A stretch of 63,915 bases of DNA, filler included, from Octopus bimaculoides (taxonomy: Eukaryota), in the NCBI RefSeq assembly GCF_001194135.2. It is 6 parts of 6 records of this genome, joined end to end, with 100 filler letters (N's around TTAATTAATTAA, not from the genome) between each part and the next. Parts side by side here need not be neighbours in the genome. Positions count along the whole stretch, not along the records: positions 11,040 to 30,498 come from NC_068984.1; positions 30,599 to 40,472 come from NC_068985.1; 4 more parts are not named here. One strand, written 5' to 3'. A program made the translations under genes and the position numbers. The notes under the pieces were generated by a model. The model searched no databases. It worked only from the letters and a program-made list of their open reading frames with translations, and was not told the DNA's origin. This document shows positions 24,217 to 37,170 of the stretch, in pieces (position 1 is the first letter of the stretch; each line of letters begins with the position of its first letter).

Positions 24217-26960
24217 TCTATCTCTATTATTTTAAAACACAGCTTAGTATAATTAAGCTGATTGAAAGATTTCAATGAAAGTTGTTTCTGTAGAACAAGT
24301 TAAAATGGGTGATGAGGCAAAGAAACTTATGACTAAAAAGTGATCAAATTTGAATGAGAAAAAGCTTAAAATTGTCTTTAAAGTATCATGTTTCGATTAT
24401 TTGAGAAAAAGACTTAATACACTTAAGCTTTTTTAAAATCAGTAAAAAAAAGCGGAACTTCATACTGAAAACCGCGTCAAAATTGGTATAGTAGAAAAAG
24501 CATGAAATAAAAAGTGGCCTGATTAGAGGGTGATCGCAAATAAATTTTGTGACAAATAAACTTTTGTAAATATTTTCCTCATACAACTACAGGAAAACGT
24601 TTTCCAGTTATACATAACAGCAATTGTTTTAATATTTTTCTGTGTATCTATGTAAACATTCAAATGTTTTTTTCTCTTTTTAATATTGTTTATTAAAATG
24701 ATTTTTAATCATTTATCAATTTTTGCTTTATTTATATGTAGTATAAAATGTATATTTATTATGAAGGAAGCAGACAAAATCATAATTTTGTCTCAAATTT
24801 AAAACAAATTTGATGAAGCTATGATATTAATATTTTTTTCAATAGAACAAATTATATAAATTTATAAATGACTCTTTTTGTTGGCGATAAAAAAGTTATT
24901 AATGATATTTTAGATATCAAAGTCGCATTCCTGTTAATATTTGTTTGCTTTTAGTTTGGCTTCTATGCATAAAATATAAACTCTTAAATAGACTGAGATT
25001 CAATATAAAGTTATGATTTTACACACGCTGAAAAAATCTGAATCTTTCCTAGAGTTAAAATCTTTTTTTTTACTAGAAACAAATTACGTATAACCAAGAT
25101 AATTTATACCAGAGTTTATAATTTATAAGATGCATTTTTAATTATTTTCCCTTTAACAGAGAGCAGAAATGTGAACGGGAGCATAGTTTGCAACCACTTA
25201 TCTTCTATTTTGGGAGTCAGGTTAAGCATATTTTGGTTTCTAGATTTTTAGATATTAGTGTTGTATTTCAGAAGATTTTGCTTTGGCGAATTTGTGAGGA
25301 AAGCTCAGGAATCGGGAAGATAGTCGACAGGTTAAGAGGTTTTAGAGGGGATGAATTAGCAGGGTGGTTTGAAATATAAGCATTAGATTCTTGCTATCTA
25401 ATCGTTTGAATCTTGGATATCATGAATTATCTTAATTTTTAAATATTAACATATCGAGAACACTGTTGACCTTGTTTGGGGCAAGGATTCTGATCACAAG
25501 CGACAAAATTTGCAGGGTCACGCCTTGCTGACTGCATATCAAATTCTGTTATATGATTGTAGTTTGAAAAATTTTGTTGCCGACTATGTCATAAAATATA
25601 AATATCAAGGATTCCGAGGTCATAATTTTTATATCAAGACGTAAATGTTTTGATAGATATCATAATCTGTTTTATCTTTTGCTTTTGAAAAAGATAGTCC
25701 ATATGATTGTCAATAACATGAACCCGTGACGAAGAAGAAACTGTAAAGAAACGAAATAAAAGTTCCAGTTATTTATTTTAACGATCTATTGGCTATTAGA
25801 TGCTCTGATTCCTTCAAAATATCGAAAAATATCATTTTGAACCAGATTTTTGCAATATATCAATATAAAGTAATTATTCATTCTAGTATAACTTTTATTC
25901 AAAATTACACCTAACTAAAAAAAAAGTTAGAAAACAAATCAAAATATATTAAGTTTTGATAAATTAATGGAAATGGGCATTAGAAAATTTGCCATTGCCA
26001 AATTAAATGCATGGAACATGAATTTTAATTGAATGGTTAAAAAATGATTATTTGCATTTGAATATCAATGGAACAAAAAAACTTGGCTTTATAAAAATTC
26101 TTGTAGGTTTTTGAAAATTTGTTATTAACAAAAATTTTACGTAGCGGTTTCTTCTGCTGTTTCTTTTTTATTTCTTCCCTCCTCATCAATAAGGTTTAAT
26201 GTAGCAGGGACAGCAAAGGAGACGTAAAGTGCCACAAATAGGTTCTACAGGACAACACTGAAAGCATCGATCATTTGATATTTGGTTAGTTATGGTGGCT
26301 TCCAGCGCTTCTCGGATCTGATTTCTAAAGAGACTATCGATACTCTAGTTTGTTAACCTTTAAGAGGAGACTCGCGGTGTACCCAAGGTACTTATCGTGA
26401 ATGTGAATGGAATCAAACGTTTCCAGCATCAAACTGGTCGCCTCAAATTTCTAGTACTATTTTCTGACTGCCGCCTTTCGATTCATCTACAGCTGCTTTG
26501 TTCGCAAGTTTCTCCTTGGACTTGCAATTTTCATATCATCCAAATTTTGTCACATTATAAACTTTACTTTTTGTTTATAGTTTGAAACAAACTTCTTAAA
26601 ACAATTAATGTTTTAACTTTTATATTAGTTTTAGTTTGTAAAAACAAGTTGCTTGTAAAAAAAAGTTAATTAGAAAAATATGGATGTTGGAGCGATAATA
26701 TTCTGAATTAAATGAACCTGGAAAAGTGATATGAATTTAAATATGCCTTTGTGGACGTCCTGTTCTCTTATGCCTAACTTCTAAGTTACAGCAACGTAGA
26801 CTAGCTCCGGTTGTCAAGCAGCAGGTAGAGAGGGTGACAAACAAGCACACACACACACACACACATACAAACGCGCGCTCGCGCATACGTATACACACAA
26901 ACACACACACACACGTACGACGAGCTTCCACACAGTTTCTGCTTATGAAATTCCCTCATA

Positions 26961-26996
26961 GGCGCAGGTGTGGCTGTGTGGTTAGAAGCTTTGCTT
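26961..26996 (+). mobile_element. 5' piece of a SINE family B head, interrupted by a LINE insertion
   Basis: GGCGCAGGTGTGGCTGTGTGGTTAGAAGCTTTGCTT stops abruptly; the rest of the SINE resumes at 29418. Confidence 0.75.
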
Positions 26997-29417
26997 ATTG
27001 CGCATGTGCAAAACAAAGTGGTTGTTGTAAACCAAAGAGACAGCACGGCTAATTATGGCTCTGTTGTAATTTTCAGTTTACAAATGATAATTAACAACGC
27101 AGCTGGAAAGTAGGAGACATTTTGATTTTGGGGTACAGTGGGGCTATGTTATTGTATTGTTATTCTTTACTAATAGGGTATCTCCGCTGGCCTCGAGGCA
27201 TTTTTTTCCTCCTTTGGTTGCGTTTGTTTTATTTTATTGAAGAACTTTCGGTGGGCGTTGTCTAGCCGTAAGAATTCTTTTTACTTCTGTGTTTTTCTGA
27301 AGATTGGTTTGGAATTTTTTCTGAAAGACTATTTTGTGTTTAGGTGAACAGCTGTTTTTATGCCTAAAAATCATTGTGGAGTACCTATATTGAATTACCT
27401 AGGACTGCCAGGAGTTCGAATAGGCCAAAACATTCAATTTGAACAACACGGTAAATTTAACTTTGTGAACTGTTTTACGTCGTTGAAGCACTGAATATTA
27501 TTGTCACGCTAGTCTGTAGCGTGGCGGATCAAGTAGCTCAGCTGCGAGGTGGGGCTGTTTGTGTTTGGTCTGCCTGCAGTTGAGCAAATTGATTCACATT
27601 TTAGTGAATAATTGTTTTCATTGTGAAAATTATTTTGGGGGCGTATCCTGTCTCCAAAAAATAGAACTTTTTTGAAAATTCGTAGAAGCTCACTGTGTTC
27701 CGGGTTCAATTGGAGTACCAATGGGCCAGGAGTACTGAAGTGGCCGAAGATCTGTGTTTTCTTTTGGAACTGTTAAAGTGTTTCCTTTCCTTCCTTCTTC
27801 CACCCTTTCGTGACTTTCTTTTTTCTTCTTCTTCTGAACTGTTTTATCCCTTCTTTTCCATTTTCTTTTGGTGAACTTTTATTTGACATTTTTTTGCACT
27901 TTAACAGACATGGAAAAAAAATGAAGCCACTGTCTTGGAGTGGGAGGCTGTTCCACCCAAGCAGTGGATTGCAGAGACAGAGAAGGGGACAGTGGTCTTG
28001 CGGACCTATTCCAGGTCACGCAACGTCATTGCCCTCTTCAATAGAGAAAAAATAATGAAAGAGCTGGCAAGCTGTTTGCCAGCCAAAAATTATTATATTG
28101 CAAGGAGGGTCAAATACGCAACGGTGTTGTTGCTATTCGACTCCCCTGAAGAGGCTGGCATAGCGGCCAGCCAGCCCCTGCAGAGGGAGGAAAATTTGTT
28201 CCTCCCCACTTATTGCGGGAAAGGAATCACCAGAGCCTGGGTGTGTGGACTACCCCGGGTACCAATGCTGGGTGGATCTCTGATGCCATCCGGCGGGGCT
28301 TGGGAGACAGTGGCCCCAGGCTCCTGAATGTCAGCATGGGTTAAAGCTAATTTTGACCCTATGGACCCCAGTGGCAGTAGGAGACATGCTGTTTCCAGAC
28401 GTTTTGAAAATGGTCGGGTCCAGGTATCCGATGATGCTTGAGGGACACTCCCCTAAGTGTCACCGGTGCCTGGAACCTGGCTATATAAGGAAAAACTGCC
28501 CTAAGGGCCGTGAAATGGCCCCGGGGCAGGATAAAGAAAGTGTGCCCGTCGCCCTCTCATCGGAGGGGGGAGATGGTGAAAGTTGTGGAGGCGGAAGCCT
28601 CCACGAATAGAAAAAGAAAGATGAGCAACAGCAGTTGCTCACCAGTTAAAGAGCAGTCTGCGGGTGAAGAGAAGGGCCCTCGGGTGTGCCGGTGGAGGCC
28701 CCACCCCCCGCGTACGAAAAAAGGAAAAAAAAAGAAACGGGAGACGGANNNNNNNNNNNNNNNNNNNNNNNNNNNNNNNNNNNNNNNNNNNNNNNNNNNN
28801 NNNNNNNNNNNNNNNNNNNNNNNNNNNNNNNNNNNNNNNNNNNNNNNNNNNNNNNNNNNNNNNNNNNNNNNNNNNNNNNNNNNNNNNNNNNNNNNNNNNN
28901 NNNNNNNNNNNNNNNNNNNNNNNNNNNNNNNNNNNNNNNNNNNNNNNNNNNNNNNNNNNNNNNNNNNNNNNNNNNNNNNNNNNNNNNNNNNNNNNNNNNN
29001 NNNNNNNNNNNNNNNNNNNNNNNNNNNNNNNNNNNNNNNNNNNNNNNNNNNNNNNNNNNNNNNNNNNNNNNNNNNNNNNNNNNNNNNNNNNNNNNNNNNN
29101 NNNNNNNNNNNNNNNNNNNNNNNNNNNNNNNNNNNNNNNNNNNNNNNCGGGCTTTCCTGCCGGCAGGAATCTTGCTTGGGGGCCCGGATGTGGAGGACTA
29201 TAGAACTTGATTTGATTTGATTTTGTTGTTGTAATGATGATTTTTATTGAACAAGTTTTTTGAGGGGTTGTCGGTCGGCGGGCGCCGGTGCCTCTCCCAT
29301 TTTTTACTCATCTTTTTGTATTCATTTCATTCATTAATGTCCGTGTCCAGCCCGCAGCTTCTTTATGTTTGTTTGTCCCCTCTATGTAATGCCTTTATGG
29401 CAAAATTTATGAAATAA
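26997..29417 (+). mobile_element. Tx1/L1-like non-LTR element: 5' UTR, decayed ORF1 with zinc knuckle, gap, T-rich 3' UTR ending in AATAAA
   Basis: ORF1-like frames at 27935-28610, including CHRCLEPGYIRKNCP (CX2CX4HX4C with H>Y), followed by a basic Lys-rich segment. The 3' end is ...ATGAAATAAA, and a degenerate ~12-bp target-site duplication flanks the element. The clade assignment is inferred. Confidence 0.6.
27935..28610 (+). pseudogene. Frameshifted LINE ORF1 (gag-like, CCHC knuckle)
   Basis: Two consecutive GC-richer ORFs (27935-28327 and 28353-28610) with a zinc-knuckle motif. Confidence 0.55.
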
Positions 29418-29806
29418 AGAAGCCTACTTCCCAACCACATGGTTCCGGGTTCAGTCCCGCTGCGTGGCACCTTGGGCAAGTGTCTTCTGCTATAGCCTCG
29501 GGCCGACCAAAGCCTTGTGTGTGGATTTGGTAGACGGAAACTGAAAGAAGTCTGTCGTATATATACATATTTATGTATATATTTGTGTGTTTATCCCCTT
29601 ACCATCGCTTGCAATCACTTGACAACCAATGTGTGTATGTTTAAGTCCGCGTACCTTAGCAGTTCAGCAAAAGAAACCGATGGAATAAGTACTAGACTTA
29701 CAAAAAATAAGTTTTATGGTCGATATATTCAACTAAAACCCCTTAAGGTGGTGCTACAGTATGGCCACAGTCAGATGAGTTAGACAGGTAATAGAATAAA
29801 AGAATA
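29418..29806 (+). mobile_element. Remainder of the SINE family B copy split by the LINE
   Basis: AGAAGCCTACTTCCCAACCACATGGTTCCGGGTTCAGTCCC... continues the head left at 26961-26996. Confidence 0.8.
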
Positions 29807-29934
29807 AGGCTGTGGATAGCCCGAGGCTATATAGTAGAAGAGATTCGCCAAAGGTGCCACGCAGTGGATTGAACCATAAACTACGAGGTAAGTAAGTTCT
29901 TAACTCCATTGCATAGCCATGCTCGTGTTTGTGT

Positions 29935-30023
<89 letters not shown>

Positions 30024-30261
30024 CATGCTCGTGTTTATATTTATATTTATAATCATATATGTGTATGTACACACATTTATATGCATAAATTCACACACAT
30101 ACAAACACACAAATACATACGCATACATATTATTAGATAGGCAGATTATATATAAATACTCAGAAATACAGAAAACCAAAAGTTATTTTTTTTGCAAGCA
30201 AGAGCTCACAGACATTCAACCATATAGAGAGATACACACGTGCGATCGCGCAGGCGCACAC

Positions 30262-30301
<40 letters not shown>

Positions 30302-30598
30302 GCATGCACGCACGCACGTACGTACGCACACAAGTTGATGCCTTTATAAATATTTCAAAATCTCTTTCTTGATCTAATCAGCTTTAGTTTCATGTCTGGA
30401 TATTTTCTACAAAAATTCGTCTTTTATTAGTTTTTGTATAAAAATTTGGTTGACTTATTTTAATGTTCTTTATGTGTTTCATGTATTGTATTCTCTTANN
30501 NNNNNNNNNNNNNNNNNNNNNNNNNNNNNNNNNNNNNNNNNNTTAATTAATTAANNNNNNNNNNNNNNNNNNNNNNNNNNNNNNNNNNNNNNNNNNNN

Positions 30599-30640
<42 letters not shown>

Positions 30641-30651
30641 TGTGTGTGTGT

Positions 30652-30693
<42 letters not shown>

Positions 30694-32289
30694 ATGTATG
30701 TATGTATGTATATGTATACATACATACATACATACATACATATAGATTTATACATACGCGGCAAATAGAAATTTTCAAGTTGTGATTATATGCTTTCAAT
30801 AAGGACGTACAGCCTTGCTTAACTCACGCGTTTAAATATATCTTCAACCTATTGCTTAATATATGCAATCTCATAATTGTCCTCACACTAGAGTGTCCGA
30901 ATAAAGGAAGGCTCTGGCGCTGTTCATAAATCTTGATAATTCCCAAATTTCTTCCCCTGTGCAATGCATTTTAGTAACAGAATTTTCACTTTGCTAGGTT
31001 TGATGTGACAAACCGTCTATCTACAAGTTATTAAAATTTGAAAACATCAAACTTGCCGAACACATAAGCTATAACTGACAGAAGCCTAACCATACGATTC
31101 GATACTTGAAATCAAACTGAAATGACAACTGTGACTAACAAGTCAAAATCGCTATTATACCTACATGCATCAAGAATCACTATAAAAACGTCGTGGAAAA
31201 CTTTGCCTCTAAGCCATTTTAATTTTACGTTGTTATTTTGCTAACTATAATTATTTACTAACTGGCCCAGTGCCGTCAAAAATGACGGCTAATTGTAGTA
31301 TTTTCTATATAAATAAGGATAAATGATAGAACATGGATGGCAATTCAAACTAATACACTTCTCAGTGTTATCTCGTGGTTGTCTTTTGAAATGCGACATC
31401 GAACACCGTTTGTTACTGAAAGAACGCTGGTTCACAGATATATAAATTTTCACATACTTCCCTTGTACACGCACTCACATACACACACACATTCACATGA
31501 CTCGCTTTTACATACACACACCTATACTCACGCAGAGTTGAAACGCTGTTTGATTTCTTTTTTCATCATAGAACTTCCATCATCCCACTACCACGTTTGC
31601 CATCATACCTTCCTTCCTTATTCATCTATCACCCCTTCCTTTCTCATTCATATGTTATGACGGAGAAATATATAAGAGTATTACTATAGTAGATGCTTAT
31701 TTATTATTTTGTGTTATTAATCATTATCATATTTTTTTTTTATTACTATTATTGATTATTGTTATGTTTCATTCAATTTCATGGCTGCTATGTATCGAAA
31801 CACACATTTTTGTAGGATATGAAAAATTTTAATGTTGGCAGTGAGTTATAAGCGAGTCAGTTGATTTGTTTAATCACTGCCCTTGGAAAAGTATCACTAT
31901 ATTAGTTTACTCTTTGAACGTGGATATACAAGTGAAAATTTAATATAGGCACATATATATATATATGTGTGTTTGGGTTCTTCTGTGTGTATGTGTGTAT
32001 GTACGTCTGTATTACTATGTATATACACTTATATATAACTATTCACACTAAAACACACACACCTACAATTATATATATACATAGATATATAATATATATC
32101 TACGTATTATGCATGTATGTATATATATATACATACATTCACACATGTGTGTATATATATGTTTGTATGTATGCATATACACGCATACATAGTTACATAC
32201 ATGTATATTCATGGATGCATATAGGTGTATATTATACATAAGCATAAAAATCTATATTTGTGTATATATATTCATATCTGTATGTGTGT

Positions 32290-32341
<52 letters not shown>

Positions 32342-32932
32342 CATATATATGATTAATATAGTTGACATTTGAGTATATTTGTGCGTGAATGTATGTGCGA
32401 ATGGTAATTAAATTATGTATTATTGCATTTTCCATTAAAGGACAGATGTACAGGACGTAAAACGGTTCAAAGTCATTCTCATCGACCTTTCCTTCACTGG
32501 CAACACTTTTCCTACGATACGTTTTGGAAATGAAGTGTATTTCAAATGATTGGAGACACAGCCATGATAATTATGCACCGAAAGATATTTACGACTATTT
32601 TCATCAATGTAAAGTGTACAGATTTTAATGAGTCACTTAAGAAATTGATTAACACGAAGAGAAAAGATAAACAACCTTTATGAAGACCGCAACTATATTC
32701 ACATATACCTCAAGAGGAAGCGCTGAAGTAAATGACAGACTTACTTGCATTTCCTATGGTATCATATTTGAAGTCTGCCATATTGATATTGATGAACATT
32801 TGTGTGCATATATATATATATATTTCCACACACATACATAAATTTATGTATATGTGTATGTACCTACATACAGAAATATGTATGTACGTATGTGTGTATA
32901 TACGTATGATCTTCTTCAGTCATGAGTGGACG

Positions 32933-32973
<41 letters not shown>

Positions 32974-33772
32974 NNNNNNNNNNNNNNNNNNNNNNNNNNN
33001 NNNNNNNNNNNNNNNNNNNNNNNNNNNNNNNNNNNNNNNNNNNNNNNNNNNNNNNNNNNNNNNNNNNNNNNNNNNNNNNNNNNNNNNNNNNNNNNNNNNN
33101 NNNNNNNNNNNNNNNNNNNNNNNNNNNNNNNNNNNNNNNNNNNNNNNNNNNNNNNNNNNNNNNNNNNNNNNNNNNNNNNNNNNNNNNNNNNNNNNNNNNN
33201 NNNNNNNNNNNNNNNNNNNNNNNNNNNNNNNNNNNNNNNNNNNNNNNNNNNNNNNNNNNNNNNNNNNNNNNNNNNNNNNNNNNNNNNNNNNNNNNNNNNN
33301 NNNNNNNNNNNNNNNNNNNNNNNNNNNNNNNNNNNNNNNNNNNNNNNNNNNNNNNNNNNNNNNNNNNNNNNNNNNNNNNNNNNNNNNNNNNNNNNNNNNN
33401 NNNNNNNNNNNNNNNNNNNNNNNNNNNNNNNNNNNNNNNNNNNNNNNNNNNNNNNNNNNNNNNNNNNNNNNNNNNNNNNNNNNNNNNNNNNNNNNNNNNN
33501 NNNNNNNNNNNNNNNNNNNNNNNNNNNNNNNNNNNNNNNNNNNNNNNNNNNNNNNNNNNNNNNNNNNNNNNNNNNNNNNNNNNNNNNNNNNNNNNNNNNN
33601 NNNNNNNNNNNNNNNNNNNNNNNNNNNNNNNNNNNNNNNNNNNNNNNNNNNNNNNNNNNNNNNNNNNNNNNNNNNNNNNNNNNNNNNNNNNNNNNNNNNN
33701 NNNNNNNNNNNNNNNNNNNNNNNNNNNNNNNNNNNNNNNNNNNNNNNNNNNNNNNATATATATATATATATA

Positions 33773-33930
33773 TAACTGGCACAGCAAACCGTCGTTTACA
33801 ACAACGAGTATGTCAGTTGATCCGATCGACGGAATACCCTGTTGAATTAAGGTGAAATTAACGAGAAATGTCTTCCAATACACAGACACTCGTAAGGTTA
33901 ACGTAGTACCCACAGAGAGTCAGCGTGATA
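33773..33930 (-). mobile_element. SINE family C, diverged 3' fragment
   Basis: TGGCAC...CAGTTGATCCGATCGACGGAA...CGTAAGGTTAACGTAG resembles the reverse complement of 10030-10150. Confidence 0.6.
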
Positions 33931-34039
33931 CATAAGAAGACAAGACAGGTCCAAAGTGAGTAAATCTTACATTAATTTTTTTCCTTGAGCTGGTTATTGC
34001 GCTGGGGAAAGGTTTCATTGTAGTAGATTGGGTAGTTTA

Positions 34040-35160
34040 TTGTTCCGTTGGACATTTAAAGCGGGTTGTATATTATTTAAAGAGCGTTGTATATTATTTA
34101 AAGTGGGTTGTATATTAATCCTTGTCATGTTGATAAAGTATGGAGGACTGTTTTTGTCATCATATCCCCTCTAGTCATGCTCTTGATTATTTTCTTAGAT
34201 GTCTCACCAATGTATGTCATGTTGCTATCCTTACAAGCAACTCCTATGCACATTATGCTGTAGATTACGTTTCTAATTTCAGGGTTAATCTTACATACTA
34301 CGCAGTTCTCATTAGTGCATGTGGTGTTTTAGGCGGTGTACATCCTACATAACTGTGATCTGATGAGCGCCCTGGTTTCTTAACGATCTTAATTTTGAGT
34401 CTGGTTTTCCTCAGAGCTTTCCTAAATTTATGAGGAGTGGACTCTGCAAACATCACTCCTTGATGTTTGTCAGTCCGTGCCATGTGTTTATTTTGTTTGC
34501 TTTGTCAAAAATCTGCTGTATACTATTCCAGTCTTTACCACTGTATCTAGGGTGGGCACCACTAGCATCATTAAATATGATTTTGTCTAATTTCCTTCTA
34601 GCTCCCCTGTATACCTGAATCCTAACTTTCTGATCATATCCAGAGGATTATACACGGTGCATGAATTGCTATATATGCTTCCTTTGTTTCATAGGGATCG
34701 CAATGTGTGGGACACGTTGTTCATTAATCTAGCAAAGTCTGCTATCAGTATGTTAATTTCTATATTGTCTGACAAAGTAGAGTTCTTGTGAAGAACGTCT
34801 CAAAAAGCTATGGGTTTTATGTAATAGGAGTGGAAGAACTACACTGTTGTTAACAATCTCTAACCCAAGTTTAGTATTAAGCACAGTGTGTCTAATTTTA
34901 GGATGCCTAGTGGCGTAATCTATAGCTACATTGATTCTTTGGTGGACAGAGTTAGCTACATGTTGGATGCTCTCATTTTGCCCCTCTTGGTTTCTTCAGT
35001 ACATTTACATGGGGTTATCCCAACTTGAATATTGATGCCGTCTACAGTGAAGCGATACTATTATAGCTTGTTCAGCTAAGGATCGTTTGGGTTTTTTGTC
35101 CCACCAGGTCATGAAGAGGCCAGCCACACCCTCATCCACTGAAATACCAATGGCTGCACC
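34040..35160 (-). mobile_element. Decayed Penelope-like element: RT motifs 4-5, thumb, Cys-rich linker, GIY-YIG endonuclease
   Basis: Minus-strand segments GAAIGISVDEGVAGLFMTWWDKK, TVDGINI (YVDD-like), NCVVCKINPEIRNVIYSIMCIGVACKDSNMTYIGETSK (GIY-YIG) and the terminal IQPALNVQ. Several frameshifts. Confidence 0.8.
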
Positions 35161-35480
35161 TTGAAGTTGAATTTATAGTTTTTTTTATTAAACTTCACTA
35201 TGTGGTTTTTGAGAGAAAGAGAGGGAGAGAAAGAGAGAGGGAAAGAGAGAGATGGAGTATAAAGGTCACAGCGGTTTGGATGTTGAGCTCACAATTGTAA
35301 TGTGACGTTTCGAATGCAAGTGTGGACGATGAAATGTGTCCTAGAGCACCAGAGGTGTTAAAGATGTCAGACTATCGTCCTGTTCAGGATGTTTCTTTCA
35401 TTTCAATCGTTCAACGGCCACGTGAAAACAAGATTAGCTCCAGCTTTAATTCAGTTTTCCACTTTTGTCATACATACATA

Positions 35481-36940
35481 CATTCTCAAAGGTTATAGCG
35501 TTGCAGTTTGGTCAGGATAAATGTTGCTATATGGTTGTGAAAACAGGGAAAACTGCAAACCAGACAAGCAACATCTCCATTAATGCCTTAATTGTTTCCC
35601 CTATATCTTATAAGAAATGTGACAGGCAACTAAGGGTAGATAAAAACATATCTTACAACCGAATAAAGAAACATTTGAACTCAGAACTCTCTGCGTTCAA
35701 TTAAACAGTGGCCCCACAATGTATTTTCAGTGCTAGTACTCATACCAACCTTTGGGCTGCTTGACTGGACGCTTGATGAGATCCTAACCATTCATGTGAA
35801 AACCCGGAAGATACTAACAAGTACACATAATTTCCACATCCACTGTGATGTAAACCATCCATACCTAAAACGAAAAGAAGCCGACAGAGATCTAGCATCG
35901 ATCCAAACTGTCTTTGAATGTCGTATCTTCTTTTAACCACGAATTGTCGAAGTGCATCCCTTGACCAAGTTTGCATACATGAGGCTGATAACATCATAAA
36001 ACTTGGAAGGTAGCTCCTTCAGCAGCATTTCTTGTCTGATAAACTTAAATACATGCCCAAAGAAAATGCATGACTACATTCATCAGATGAAAGGATGAGC
36101 GTATATGAGTAGATGACCATGCATGGATATGTTAGTAGAAAGCTTCAGGATGAGAATAATATTGATCATCAAAGCTGTCTATCATGTACCAACATCTGGA
36201 TTACTAACTCCTACTTTGAAGGGTATGCGCTTGCAATCCAGCAACAGGAAATATTAACCAAATACCTCAGAAAAAGCAGCAACATGTGACAACCGATGCA
36301 GGCTTTGTGGAGTTAACACCGAAGATATCAACCCCATCATAAACAGTTGTCTGAAAATGTCATCATGGTATGATCTGCCGATGAGACATGATGATGTAGC
36401 TTGGACCCTGTAAAACGATGTCCGTCGAAAGGATAACCCCGAGGTGGACGCCATAGCCACTCAAAATAAAAAGGAGTACTGAGGAATGTCCCAGTGAAAG
36501 CTTTAATGAATGCACACACAATAGACCTGATATAATAACTTGGGATAGAGAAGAGAAACTGTGTACAATTATGGAAACCAGCTCCCTAGTGAATCATAAC
36601 ATAAAGCTGAAGATCAACGAAAAAGAGAATACCTACGCTGAACTATTGAGACATCTGCAGTTACTCTATTCAGATTACAATATCGGGTTTATAACTGTAA
36701 ATATTGGGGCACTGGGATATGTGACACAATGCCTAAATACCAATCTTGAGAAATTAGGCTTCTCAAAACCAGAAAGGAAACAGCTTATTCGAAGACTACA
36801 AATACAAGCCATTACTGGAACTGTAAAAATCTGTAAAATTTTCTACCTGTTTATCATTCTTTTATATTTGAACATCTCTAGATATGCAAGTCTATGCATG
36901 AGAAGACATACAGAAAAGAAAACATACAAATCTGCGCGTA
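35481..36940 (+). mobile_element. Second 5'-truncated copy of the same R4/Dong-type RLE LINE, with its 3' end and a (CATA)n tail
   Basis: FSKVIALQFGQDKCCYMV, LIPTFGLLDWTLDEI..VKTRKILTSTHNFH and KLKINEKENTYAELLRHL..LQIQAITGTVKICK. Collinear with the minus-strand copy at 3747-5032. Confidence 0.85.
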
Positions 36941-37138
36941 TACATACATACATCATACATGCATACATACATGCATACATGCATACATACATACATACAT
37001 ACATACACATAGATATTCACACATGTATACATGCTTACGCTCTCATACACCAAATCACACACACACACACACACATATNNNNNNNNNNNNNNNNNNNNNN
37101 NNNNNNNNNNNNNNNNNNNNNNNNNNNNNNNNNNNNNN

Positions 37139-37170
<32 letters not shown>

